Below the pieces are notes generated by a model that worked only from the letters and a program-made list of their open reading frames with translations, was not told where the DNA came from and did no database searches. Below, piece by piece: positions 39,552 through 54,415 of a stretch of 64,000 nucleotides of DNA. Position 1 is the first letter of the stretch, and each line of letters opens with the position of its first letter. Source of the DNA: Octopus vulgaris (lineage: Eukaryota); assembly GCA_951406725.2 (NCBI GenBank), contig OX597827.1:16740001-16804000 (forward strand). The letters run 5' to 3'. A program made the position numbers and the translations under genes.

Positions 39552-39681
39552 TGTGGAGGCGCAATGGCCCAGTGGTTAGGGCAGCGGACTCGCGGTCGTA
39601 GGATCGTGGTTTCGATTCCCAGACCGGGCGTTGTGAGTGTTTATTGAGCGAAAACACCTAAAGCTCCACGAGGCTCCGGCA
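39552..39681 (+). mobile_element. Group B SINE head only
   Basis: Near-identical to the start of the 9101 copy. Confidence 0.9.
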
Positions 39682-39907
39682 GTATACAAGCCATCTCAAT
39701 ATGGCTAACCACAAAGGGTGGGTGTTACCGTAGCTTTTAACCCCAGGAGATCATCGTCTCCAGCTGGCTGTAGACACACTTTCTGTGACCTTATGGTATT
39801 TGCCTAAAGTGTGCCTAAAGCCAGCTGGAGACGATGATCTCCTGGGGCTAAAAGCTTCAGTAACACCCACCCTTAGTGGTTAGCTATATTGAGATGGCTA
39901 GTATACT
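39681..39907. mobile_element. MITE-like fold-back with ~100-bp inverted arms
   Basis: AGTATAC.AGCCATCTCAATAT.GCTAACCAC...CCAGCTGGCT is inverted at 39806-39907. Confidence 0.85.
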
Positions 39908-39953
39908 TTACGTTGTCGAGCGGTTACTGTTTACGTTCAGAGATTTATTATTG

Positions 39954-40014
<61 letters not shown>

Positions 40015-40309
40015 TGTAGACGAATATACTAATGTATTATATTTTAAGTTCATAATTTAACCTGTAGCAAACATTTAAATTCAACATTTAACTCTCCAAT
40101 TGACACAAAAAAGTCTGTATGTCTAAGTAGTTACCATAGACGTACATCTATTCGTCTATATAATGTGTTTAAGCTGTCAACATATTAGATTCAAAGACTA
40201 CTTATACATCATCTGTATTCAGTGTCTGTCTATGAATTTATCGAGTTGCTGTGTATCTATATGAAGAGAGAATACAACTGGATAGGGCCTGCCAAACTGT
40301 CTGTTTGCG

Positions 40310-41915
<1,606 letters not shown>

Positions 41916-42924
41916 CTGTATACTTTACTATGGAGTAAACGTCTGCACAGTTGGCATATCTATGAATCTACCTCCAAATACATTTTCTATCTAACCGGTC
42001 CGTCCATATTTAAACACTGTCAAACTAATGAACAAAGACCATTATTATATCTGCTGAGAAGACATCTAAAGTCTATATCTATTAAAACTATCTTCCAATC
42101 AATGTTGTATCTTGGGAAAAATTACAAACGGTCGCCATTTTAATTATATACACTATTCAGAAATATCGGCAAAATGAAATAAAAATAATTTTCGAAAACC
42201 AGATATTAGTAAAAGAGAATGAAGAAGATGATAATGAGGGGGATTAGAGGCAGGATGGTAGGCATTGAAGGAGGAGGTGGAAAATATACCTATATATTAG
42301 AATAACAAGAAAATTATCAAACCAGCGAAACAATATTTTAATCATTGTCTCAAAAATCAATATTGTATTCAGCATCATCACCAAAAGTTCTACGTTGCTG
42401 TCGCCATTGCCATTATAATTGACATCAACATCATCATCACCGTCAATATCACCGTTATTATCGCAACAACAACAACAACAACAGACATGATGAACATCGA
42501 CATTATCGTTATACCAAAGAAACCTACTACCGCCATTACCACCAACATCATCATCATCATCAGCAGCAGCAGCAGTACCATCAGCATCAGCACCAGCACC
42601 AGCACAAAAGCAGAATAAAAAAAGACAACACAACAATCATCACCACCACCACCACCACCACCACCACCACCACCACCACCACCACCACTACTACTACCAC
42701 CACCACCACCACTACTACCACCACCACCACTACCACCACCACTACCACCACCACCACCACCACCACCACTACCACCACCAGCACCACCACCACCACTACT
42801 ACCACCACCACCACCACTACTACCACCACCACCACCACTACCACCACCACCACCACCACCACCCCATCACTACCACCACCACCACCACCACCACTACCAT
42901 AACTACCGCCATCACAATATATTA

Positions 42925-43148
42925 TTATTCAGTAGTTTTATTTTTATAGCGTGCTTCTACTTCACTACCGAGCCCAGCTCTGTGTGCCTTGGGTATGTGC
43001 TGTGATTTGTTGTGATGCTCCGATGGTTATTGTATGGAAAGTGTTCTGCGTAGGATGTGTGCAGTGCCTAGTAGTGCAATTTTCTGTATGTTATATGTGT
43101 TTGTACGTCCTGGTGTTTTTGTTATGTATTTGTCTGAATATTTTTATC
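42925..43148 (-). mobile_element. Dong/R4-like LINE 3' end in (TAA)n
   Basis: KYSDKYITKTPGRTNTYNIQKIALLGTAHILRRTLSIQ* plus short 3' UTR, flanked by TAA/TGA repeats. Confidence 0.75.
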
Positions 43149-43161
43149 ATCATCATCATCA

Positions 43162-43192
<31 letters not shown>

Positions 43193-43943
43193 CATTATTA
43201 TCATTATTATTATTATCATTAGGCAAGTTAGCAGTGTCGATAGTAGGCCAGGCAAAAAGTTTAACGGTATTGGTTCCAAATTAATGCACAACACCAGCAA
43301 TTTCGTGCGAAAGATTAAGTCGAATATATCGACCGTCCCCAGTGCTCAGCTGGTACTCATTTTACCGACCCCGAAACAATGAAAGGCAAAGTCGACCCCG
43401 AAACATGTGAACCCAGACTATAAATTCGGAAGAAATGTCCCTAAGCATTTTGTCGGGCGCAGTAACGATTCTGTCCGGTGCCGCTGTAGGTGTTAAATAT
43501 ATTAATATTTAAAACACTTTCATTCGGTTAACTGTGCCTGACGAGCCAGGTTTCTGTAAGAAGTCTCTTAAACGCTAAGTCTCATGAGGACGAATCAAAT
43601 TCTTTTAAATAGTAATAGTAATAATCATTTTTATTATAGTCAAAAGGCCTGAAATTTTGGTGGAGGGTGCTTGTCGATTACTGTTCAACTGGTACTAATT
43701 TTATCGCCCCTATTACCTCCATTACCACCAACATCAGCCCCAGCCCCAGCTCCAGCACCAGCCGCAAGAGCATCAGAACCAGCCGCAACAATAGCATCAC
43801 CATCACAACCACTACCACCATCAGCACCATCATCACAACAGCAATAAAGTCGACCTCGGAGTATTTTGTACTAAGAACGTGAAGACACACGAAATACCGC
43901 TAAACATTTTTCCTGGCCTAATGTCGATTCTGCTAACTCGTCT

Positions 43944-44036
<93 letters not shown>

Positions 44037-44328
44037 AATGATAAAGATAATGATAATAGCAATAATATATACACATACCAGTTGCACTGCTTTGAATGTT
44101 TTATCAAACAAATCAACTCTAGTACTGACTTTTAAATCTTATACTCATTTTATCTACGTCCTTTTGTCGAACCGTTAGGTTACCGTAGAAAGAAACCTAT
44201 GCCAATTGTCAAGCGGTAGTGGGTGTCAAACAGAAACTCAAAGGCACACACATATACATACATACATGATTGCATACATACGCACATACATACATATATA
44301 CATACAAATACATACATACATACATACA

Positions 44329-44873
44329 TTATTATGGCTGCCCCCTCGTTATCGAGTATGGCCATTGCACGAAGCTTAACTGTTACTGGTGCTGTGATCG
44401 AATGTGACTTTTTAGCCCAGCTAAAGATCTTGTACATGTCTTGTACAAAATTGGCAACTAAAACCTTTACTGGTAATAGCCGGCTGTAGTTGTAACTGGG
44501 CTTCATGTACCTTTGCATGTCGTTTAAGTCCTCCTGCCGAATTACACTCTCTTCCACATGCTCGACAGATATGATTAGTATGGTGTGTTACACCACCACC
44601 AGTGGCCAGGTTGTCACTCATCTGTCTCGTTTTATGACTACGAAGATGACTCATGAGTCCAGCTTTACTGAGGCAGGGTCTTGCACAGACATTGCATGTC
44701 AGAGTCAAAGGAAGACCCTTCCCTTCTGGAAGTGTAACAGCGATGCCCTTCCTGACATCCCTCCTTACTTTCTCATGTGCAACTCGAGATTTCTCAAACG
44801 TGGCTGTCCCCTCATGCACAATCCTTCTCCACCTGCTACGATCAATAGCTATGCCTTCCCATGTGTCAGGAGA
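44329..44873 (-). mobile_element. RTE-like LINE 3' end with three C2H2 zinc fingers, nested in a group A SINE
   Basis: WEGIAIDRSRWRRIVHEG; CNVC..CLSKAGLMSHLRSH; CRAC..CNSAGGLKRHAKVH; frameshifted CQFC..RSLAGLKSHIRSQH. Confidence 0.85.
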
Positions 44874-44919
44874 GATACATACATGATTGCATACATACAC
44901 ACACACATACATACATACA

Positions 44920-44950
<31 letters not shown>

Positions 44951-45683
44951 TTACATACATACATACATAAATACATACATACATACATACATACTTACAT
45001 ACAGTACACACATATACGACGGGCTTCTCCACATTTTCCGCCGACCAAATTTACAGGCAATGCACTGGTTGACTCTTAAACTATCGAAGAAGATACCTAC
45101 TCAACGTGCTGCACAGTGGGTCTGAACCCGAAATCAAGTGGTTTCAAAGCGGTCTGCTTAACCAAACTGTCATCTACTCGTCTGAAGTGAACAATATATA
45201 TACATTCAGTGTAAATTTAGATCGATTCTTTGCCATCTTTCATACGTGTAAATAATATTGAAAAGCTAATTACAAAGCTACGAAGTAATTAGCAGAGGCA
45301 TGTTGCAAGATCATAGAAGCAACAGCCGATACTTTGTTACACACCTAAAACATTTGCTGTTTCAATTATAGTTGTTAGCGAGTGGGGAAATGTTGCATTG
45401 GCGCAGCATAAATATACCTTCTTATAAATAAATCTATGTACGTGTGTGTGTTCGTGTGTGTGTTTATGTATGTATGTATGTATGTATGTATGTATATATA
45501 TATATATGTATGAATGTATGTATGTATATATATATCTGTGTACATATGCTACATATATATATATATACATATGCACATATATATAAATACATATATAATT
45601 ATATACAAACCCCCACACATATATATGCATATTTGTACATAAGTATATACATATATACATATATATATATTTGTATAAATATA

Positions 45684-45727
<44 letters not shown>

Positions 45728-46273
45728 CATATATACATGCATACATGCATACATACATACATACATACATACATACATACATGCATACATGCATACATAC
45801 ATACATACATATATATATATATATGTATGTATTTATGTATGTATTTGTGTATGTATATATCTATCTTGGATGTAATAAATATAGATATAACCTTTCGTGC
45901 GCATGAGCTGAAACGCCTCCATACTGCATACATATCTCAGAAACTCTGCGTCGATTGTGTTTGGGTATGCGTGTGTGTTTGTATGATTTTGTTTGGGTAT
46001 GCGTACACGTAATTGCATGCGTGCGTGTTCACGCGTGCGATCGTATGCGTGTCTAGGCGCGTGCGTGCGTGTGCATTCGTGTTTACGAGTTTTAAATGCA
46101 TTGTTATTTTCATAAACACGATTTCATTTATCTTGTCATTTGTACATTTTGATCTTTAAGTGAAATTTCGCACGAGTGATAGACAAACCGTTGTTTCCCG
46201 AAGCTTCGTTATGCCAAAACAACAACGATTACAGACCTCCCCACCTGGTCCCCAGGTGTCGATATTGATCGCT

Positions 46274-46487
46274 CAGCACGCCGGGCGAAATGCGTAGACG
46301 TATTTCGTTTTCCGTTACGTTCTGAGTTCAAGTTCCGCCGAGGTCGACTTTGCCTTTCATCCTTTCGGGGTCGATAAAATTAAGTACCAATTACGCACTG
46401 GGGTCGACGTAATCGATTTAATCCCTTTGTCTGTCCTTGTTTGTCCCTTGTGTGTTTAGCCCCTTGTGGGTAGTAAAGGAATAAGTA
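46274..46487 (+). mobile_element. Group C SINE
   Basis: Consensus match. Confidence 0.88.
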
Positions 46488-46777
46488 TCTTAAAAGGAAA
46501 AGACCAAAAAAGCAGTGCTTCATGTATATATGCAAGAAACGAAATGCATCCGAAACTAAAACAATACAAGTACTGCTTTTAAATCGGCCATATCAGGCCC
46601 GACGATGTCCCATTCTACTTATTTTATGCCCAATCTGGACAGATCCAGCTTCTTACACCTTCTCTACAAAGTCATTCTAAAAATATACAAACGTATCATA
46701 AAAGCTATGATATAAAAGCATGATTAATTTTTTAAAAAATGTGATTAGATATTAAATGAATATTAAATAATAATAAA

Positions 46778-47111
46778 AGGTGCAGGAGTAGCTGTGTAGT
46801 AAGTCACTTGCTTACCAACCACATGGTTCCGGGATTGTGATAAATATGTATTTTTGTATTAGAGTCAATAATTTTGCAAGTAATTCAAATCCAGTTTAGT
46901 CAAAACTGTCCCAGATGTTCGAATTATTTTCATGTTATAGCGTAGAAGTGGCTTTGTGGTAAGTAGCTTGCTTACGAACCACATGGTTCCGGGTTCAGTC
47001 CCACTACGTGGCACCTTGGGCAAGTGTCTTCTACTATTGCTTCAGACTGACCAAAGCCTTGTGAGTGGATTTGGTTAATAGAAGCTGATAGAAGCCCGTC
47101 GTATAAATGTA

Positions 47112-47160
<49 letters not shown>

Positions 47161-47372
47161 TTGTGTGTCTGTGTTTGTCCCCCCACCCAACATCGATTGA
47201 CAACCGATGCTGGTGTGTTTACGTCCCCGTAACTTAGCGGTTCGGCAAAAGACACCAATACAATAAGTACTAGGCTTACAAAGAATAAGTCCTGGGGTCG
47301 ATCTGCTCGACTAAAGGCGGTGCACCTCCAGGATTGCCGCAGTCAAATGACTGAAACATGTAAAAGAGTAAA
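46778..47372 (+). mobile_element. Group A SINE with duplicated head and 108-bp captured insert
   Basis: Head fragment 46778-46832, insert 46833-46940 equal to the reverse complement of 53387-53494, then a full SINE. Confidence 0.88.
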
Positions 47373-48207
47373 TATTAAACGTATAATTAAATAATCAAAT
47401 GTTTAATTAGATAATTAAATACAAAATTATATACTAAATACATATTAAATAATATTAAATAATATATATTAAATAAAAATGAGAATAAATGTGAATGAAT
47501 AACTGTGAATATATTATTTTGTATAAATATTACATTTGACAGAATAATCTCTAAGTTAAAGGGTTAATATGCTTATATTTTCAGATGATATGTTTTGTAT
47601 ATTCAAATTATAATTTAAAGTACCAATATGCTTCGCTTTTTTTTTCCCCCGACAAAACTCATCACACGAATGGCAGACATTTTCGCAAGATAAAACAATT
47701 ACTGTTATATGAATGCCCTGAAAAATATAATTATAGATTTCGGAAAAATCCTACCATTATTCCCATTTCTTTTGCTTTGTGTTATTTTCTGAAAGTAATT
47801 TGTTGGACTAATTCTTTTGTTTAAAGCAAAATGTGTATGAACATGTTCTACGTGAAGCCTCCGAAATACAGATTCTGCAACGACGACGGCTTTAAGCTAA
47901 AAAAAAAATAAATATGTTTTTGTCAGTTAATGATGTTGAAGATGGATTTGGACAGCTTCATTTTATTTTTTTATTTGTTTGTTTTTGTCGTTTGACTGCG
48001 GCCATGCTGGGGCAGCATCTTGATGAGTTTCGTGGGGAAAAAAATGGCTCTTTGCATTTATTCTATAGAGCCCTATTGCTGAATTGCTACGTTACGGAAA
48101 TGCAAGCAAAACAACACTGGTTAGCAAATAGTGGTGAGGGAAACCATGAGGGCAAAGACATAAATACATACATACTTACATGTATCTGTATATAAGTATG
48201 TGTGTGA

Positions 48208-48244
<37 letters not shown>

Positions 48245-48904
48245 CACAAGAAACAAGTTTAAAATAATTTTGCTTACATACACCTATTTGACGCATCTTT
48301 TTTTTTTTACCCCAAAATGGCTTTAACCCACCCCACTGCGTCCAATGCGCTCAATATAGTCACAAAACTCGCTCAAAACGGTAAGTATGTTTACAAAACG
48401 TGTGCTGCCATCTGTTGGTGAACAATCGCTTACGGTACGTTTATATCGAATGTGGATGCAATAAATTGCTTATAATTAGCGGTAATAACATAAAGTTATA
48501 CAGGTAAGTGGACAAATTAAAATGTTAATTTATTGGAATTTATTTTACAAATGTCTACCCTGGGCTAGAGTTCGTTCTGTGCACTTGTGCGTCTTATAGG
48601 CCATCAAATACGCTAATTCCTTCATTAGAGTAAATTTGGCTTACAGCTCATTCCAGAAGTCATTACAGGTACATTACCGATAAGTTTACTCAATTCGTTT
48701 ATATAATTAATTGAGATAAATTGAACGACCTGAAGAAAGTTAATGCTACTTTCGTCAGAGCCAATGCTGGAAGTTACAAGCAGAACACTTGAAGAATGAT
48801 TATTGTATGGAGGAAGGTGATGGAAGAAAGATTGAGATGTTTAGGCAGAATAGGTAAATGCAGGTTACAAGTGGGTGGGGGGAGCAATCGAAGGAGTAAT
48901 ACCT

Positions 48905-48959
48905 AGTAGAAGTAGCAGCAATGGTAGTGGTAGTGGTAGTAGTAATAGAAGTAGTAGTG

Positions 48960-48997
<38 letters not shown>

Positions 48998-49100
48998 TGT
49001 AGTAAAAGTAGTAGTAGTAGTAGTAGAAGTAGTAGTAAAAGTAATAGTAGTAGTAGTAGAAGTAGTAGTAGTAGTAGTAGAAGTTGTAGTAGAAGTTGTA

Positions 49101-49137
<37 letters not shown>

Positions 49138-49267
49138 AAGTAGTAGAAGTAGTACTAAAAGTAGTAGTAGTAGTAGTAGATGTAGTAGGAGAAGTAGTAG
49201 TAGTAGTAGTAGTAGTAGAAGTAGTAGTAAAAGTAGTAGTAGTAGTAGTAGTAGTAGATGTAGTAGG

Positions 49268-49299
<32 letters not shown>

Positions 49300-49307
49300 A
49301 AGTAGTA

Positions 49308-49341
<34 letters not shown>

Positions 49342-49356
49342 AAGAAGTAGTAGTAA

Positions 49357-49389
<33 letters not shown>

Positions 49390-49425
49390 AAGAGGTAGTA
49401 GGAGAAGTGGTAGTAGTAGTAGGAG
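48905..49425. repeat. (AGT)n trinucleotide array with variants
   Basis: Direct reading. Confidence 0.95.
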
Positions 49426-49600
49426 TATGGTATAACCAAATTTAGAAGACGGACAGTCACAAATATAGGGGTCAGCACCCATTACCCATTACATTTTAGA
49501 CTCACCCATGTCCATGACTCGCCAATATCACATCTCAACACATTGCCTGGAGAATATCTAACCTATATACACTGCTAATATGGTAATGGTTGCTGACCTA

Positions 49601-50530
49601 TAGGGGTTGGACAAAATAATGGAAACACCTTAAAATTTCAAACAAATTTATTTTAATATGGGGTAGGATCGCTTTTGGTAGTAATTACAGCTTGAATTCT
49701 ACGAGGTGTGGACTCGTACAAAGTTTGAATTGTTTCCAAAAGAATTTTCGTCCATTCTTCAGCTAAAACAGTCTCCAGTTCTTGTGGTGATGATGGTAGA
49801 GGATATCGACTCCTTGCTTGTTTTTCTAAAATGCGCCTTAAATGTTCAATAATATTGAGATCTGGGGACTGTGGTGGCCAGATAAGATGTTTAACTTCAC
49901 TAGAATGTTCCTCGTGCCATTCAGTAACAACTTTAGCTGTGTGAATTGGTGTATTATCATCCTGAAAGATTGCGTTTCCCTCCGGATACAGTTCCTCAAC
50001 CATAGGATGAATTTGATCAGAAAAAATACTTAAATAGTCTTGACTATTAATTCTGCCATGAAGAGAAACCATTGGGTCAGTGGATTTCAGAGATATAACC
50101 CCCCCCCGCTCCATCATCACAGATCCTCTTTCATGTTTAACAGTTGGAAGAAGGCAGTCTGGGTCAAATGCTTCTTTTGGCTGTCTCCACACGTATACTC
50201 GGCCGGTAGTCGGAAATAAGGTAAGGGATGACTCGTCCGAGAAAATAACATTCTTTTACTCCTCTAGGGACCAATTCTGTAGGTTTTCACTCCACTCTAA
50301 ACGCTTTGCAACATTTGTTTTTGAAAGTAGTGGTTTTCTGATTACAGCCACCACCTCACGCCCGTAAAATCCGGCTTTGTGCAGCTCCCGTCGAAAAGTA
50401 TTTATGGAAACTGTGTTCTCGAGGAGGTCATTAAGTTAATGAAGTAATTTTGGGAGCTGTACTTTCTAACAATTCGCGTAAGTGTCTGACGGTCCCTATC
50501 TGAAAGTTTTGGTTTTCTTCCGGAGTTTTG
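49601..50530 (-). mobile_element. Tc1-type transposon remnant with DD36E spacing
   Basis: VWRQPKEAFDPDCLLPTVKH..GSVM; FQDDNTPIH...WPPQSPDLNIIE; right TIR AGGGGTTGGACAAAATAATGGAAACACC next to TA. Confidence 0.9.
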
Positions 50531-50787
50531 TTTCGACAGGGAGGTTTTTCACTTTTTCTCAATTTATTGATCTTTTTCTTTCCTTTAAAAATCGGCACGA
50601 ACTTTCCGGACAACCCAATATATGGATTTGTGAGGGAAGAAAAGGCAGAGCATATGACCCTTCTCCGGACTTCCGAGACTGGTGAGAGGAACTATATCCT
50701 CAGACCAGAAACCTGGCACGAATGCATGCAACAGAGGGTCTTCGCTAAAGATACCTATGTGTTAGGAGGAAATATTAAACTGGAAGA

Positions 50788-50990
50788 TAAGGCGGCGAGC
50801 TGGCAGAATCGTTAGCAAGCTGGGCAAAATGCTTAGAAGTATTGTCTTTACGTTCTGAGTTCGAATTCCGCAAGGATTGACTTTGCCTTTCATCCTATTG
50901 GAGTCAATAAAATGAGTACTAGGTAATCACTGACTGACACTTATCACCAATAATTGCTGGCCCTGGGTCAACGTTTGAAATCAATATTCG
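50788..50990 (+). mobile_element. Degenerate group C SINE
   Basis: Consensus match; another copy at 51657-51870. Confidence 0.75.
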
Positions 50991-51259
50991 GGTAATCACG
51001 GATGTGTTAAAATCTGAATACAGATTTATAACTGCTGAATTGTAAATATTATACAAAGAGGAATTTCAAATATATGAACAATCGCATTAAAAGTATGGTA
51101 GACAGTTATGATTCTGAACATAAAATTTTTATTTCTTGAAAGTAGTTGCTCGTAATCTGTAATTTTATTATCTCAATATCTTTTGATATTAACATCAGTT
51201 ATTTTGTGATTCTTGATGAATTCATCTCTTAAATTAATAAAATATTTGAGTTATTTTTA

Positions 51260-51597
51260 CCTGGAGAGACTCCTTGATATCTGAGCCACTCGACCTACAT
51301 CTCTGCATTGAGAGGTCTTAGATCCGGTGCTACAGGACACGTGATTACAATGTCGCCGGAACGAATCGCAAGACAGATTCTTCAAGCTGTGCCGACCAGT
51401 AGGAAATCTCGGAGTACATCAAGAAAAAGATGATGGGATGATATTAATAGTTTCAGTTGGTCACGCTTGGGTATCTAGCCGAAAAGTGTAATGATAGTCG
51501 CTTCTGATAGGAGCCTATGGTTGAACATCCGAGAACTCCTCCCCTTCTCCCACAACGTTTCCAGGAACAGTGGGGTCAGAAGATGTATTGAATGGAT
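51260..51597 (+). mobile_element. Degenerate RTE-like LINE 3' end
   Basis: Homologous to 18505-18835 (AGACAGATTCTTCAAGC; AGCCGAAAAGTGTAAT). Confidence 0.6.
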
Positions 51598-51889
51598 GTG
51601 ACATTTTTTTAAATAAAATATATCTTTTGATATTCTTTTTCTTGTACATTAATAACCAAGCTGGCAGAATCGTTAGCGCGCCGGACAAAATGCTTAGCGA
51701 TATTTCGTTCGCCTATACGTTTTGAGTTTAAATTCCATTGAAGTCGACTTCGCCTTTCATCCAGTCGGTGTTGATAAAATAAGTACCAGTTGATACTGGG
51801 ATCGGTTTAATTGACTTGTCTCCACCCTCGAACTCGCTGGCCTTTTGTCAAAATTTGAAACGAATATTAATATGCAAGTATTATTTACA

Positions 51890-52170
51890 TATGGCCCAGT
51901 GGTTAGGGCAGCAGACTCGCGGTTTCGATTCTCAGACCGGGCGTTGTGTGTGTTTATTGAGCGAAAACACCTAAAGCTCCACGAGGCTCCGGCATGGGGT
52001 GGTGGCGACCCCTGTTGTACTCTTTCACCCCAACATTCTCTCACTCCTTCTAGTTTCTTGAGTAACGCTACGATGGACTGGCGTCCCGTCCAGCTGCGGA
52101 GGACACGTACGCCATAGAAACCGGGAAACCGTGCCCATGAGCCTGGCTACGCTTGGAAAAGGGCGCATAA
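51890..52170 (+). mobile_element. Group B head with alternative tail
   Basis: Head like 9101, tail like 15242. Confidence 0.8.
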
Positions 52171-52275
52171 ATAATAATTATTTACATATTCATCTATTTT
52201 CTCTCTGTGTCATTTGCAAATAACTGTTTCGATGCATTCAGTATAACGCAGGAAAGCATTTGTTAAAGAACCATT

Positions 52276-52663
52276 ACTCTTTTAATTGTTTCAGTCATTT
52301 AACTGCGGCCATGCTGGAGCACCGCCTTTAGTCGATCAAATCGACCCCGGGACTTATTCTTTGTAAGCCCAGTACTTATTCTATCGGTCTCTTTTGCCGA
52401 ACCGCTAAGTGACGGGGACGTAAACACACCAGCATCGGTTGTCAAGCAATGCTAGGGGGACAAACACAGACACACAGCCCCCCCTCACATATATATATAC
52501 GACAGGCTTCTTTCAGCTTCCGTCTACCAAATCCACTCACAAGGCCTTTGTCGGCCCGGGGCTATAGCAGAAGACACTTGCCCAAGATGCCACGCAGTGG
52601 GACTGAACCCGGAACCATGTGGTTGGTTAGCAAGCTACTTACCACACAGCCACTCCTGCGCCT
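52276..52663 (-). mobile_element. Group A SINE
   Basis: Consensus match. Confidence 0.92.
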
Positions 52664-52925
52664 ATTACGTAGAGTTTTGCAATAGAATCGTAAGAATCAT
52701 GAGTAATAGAATATACATTATAATCTGAAACTAGAATAATAAAATTTGATAGTTTGGTAAAATTCTGCCTTGGATACTGACGACAAATTAAGCCCGGCGA
52801 CGAATTGATTGCCATAGGGCTGAGAAACTACATAAAGTATGAAAAATAGATGAGAGGTCGCGGTCGGAATACCTTTCATTATGAGAGATTCTCTCGAACA
52901 GGGCTAGTCTGGTTCTAAACTGCTA

Positions 52926-53141
52926 TACTCTTACTCTTTTTACTTGTTTCAGTCACGTGATTGTGGCGATACTGGAGCACCGCCTTTAGTCGAGCAAATC
53001 GATCCCACGACTTATTCTTTGTAAGCCTAGTACTTATTCTATCGGTCTCTTTTGCCGAACCACTAAGTTACGGGGACGTAAACACACCAGCATCGGTTGT
53101 CAAGCGATGTTGGGGGGGACAAACACAGACACACAAACACA

Positions 53142-53223
<82 letters not shown>

Positions 53224-53390
53224 TACGACGGGCTTCTTTCAGTTTCCGTCTACCAAATCCACTCACAAGGCTTTGGTCGGCCCGAGGTTATAGTAGAAGA
53301 CACTTGCTCAAGGTGCCACGTAGTGGGACTGAACCCGGAACCATGTGGTTCGTACGCAAGCTACTTACCGCAGAGCCACTTCTACGCTAT
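52926..53390 (-). mobile_element. Group A SINE
   Basis: Consensus match with private head variant TAGCGTAGAAGTGGCT. Confidence 0.92.
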
Positions 53391-53975
53391 AACATGAAAA
53401 TAATTCGAACATCTGGGACAGTTTTGACTAAACTGGAATTGAATTACTTGCAAAATTATTGACTCCAATACAAAAATACATATTTATCACAATCTCTGTT
53501 CTAACGAAATCATTTCCAAAATATTGCACTTCTTTTAATTCTTAACGCAAATTAAATTATTGCTGCTTGTGACATGATAAGTATGAACTCTTAAAATGTT
53601 AAAGAAAAAAGAATTAAATTATGATATCAGAAACCAATTTTCCCCCTGATATCACAGGCTCTAATGCACACCGTTCTTCAAGTTGTCTTTAGATGTATCT
53701 AGAATCTAGCTTTGATTTCAAGATCTATATATATATCACTCAAGTCTGTAAATTTTATTAGCCAAAACAATGTTACGATATCATGATTTTCCAATTAATT
53801 ACACGTAACCTCCTCCTTCTGCTCCTGCTCCTGCTCCTCACACTCATCATCATCATCATCACCACCACCGCCACCACCACCACCATCACCACCACCACCA
53901 TCACCATCACCACCACCACCACCACCACCACCACTACCGCTACCGCCACCGCCGCCACCGTATATATATATATAT

Positions 53976-54014
<39 letters not shown>

Positions 54015-54415
54015 CTAGCAGTATCGCCCGGCGTTGCACGGGTTTATAAGGGAAATAGCTATATAAGCATTTTTAGAGATGTAAAGTATAATAGTCATCT
54101 CAATATGGTTAACCACAAAGGGAGGGTGGTGTTACTGTAGCTTTTTACGTTCTGAGATTTAATAATAAATTTTTCGAGAGTTACTTCCCTTATATATGCC
54201 AAAAATGCATTAAAAATGGGAAAAATTGATAGTAAATCTTTTTAAAATCGTAGACTCATCGTAGACGCGCGCTAATACCCAGAAGGGTTCGATATGAATC
54301 ACGACTATAAGATACCCGGTTTTGGTTAAACTGCACCGCAAAATGTGGGAGTAGTTAGGAATCTAAATCGTAGGAGACAGACAGCACACAACCTCTCTTT
54401 TATATATAAAGAAGA
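54015..54415 (-). mobile_element. Non-autonomous Helitron carrying a MITE-arm fragment
   Basis: ACTAGCAGTATCGCCCGGCGTTGCACGGG end shared with 26766; 54084-54145 matches the arm at 39681. Confidence 0.82.

Noticed and set aside
44421-45032. Host C2H2 zinc-finger gene
   Set aside because: N-terminus is microsatellite and the remainder is an RTE LINE C-terminus with a frameshift and 3' tail.
48403-48418. CTCF-like motif TGCTGCCATCTGTTGG and nearby GTAAGT donors
   Set aside because: A single motif match without supporting context; common in transposon debris.
52777-52810. CTGACGA boxes here and at 43538 as hammerheads
   Set aside because: No correctly placed GAAA box or stems I and III.
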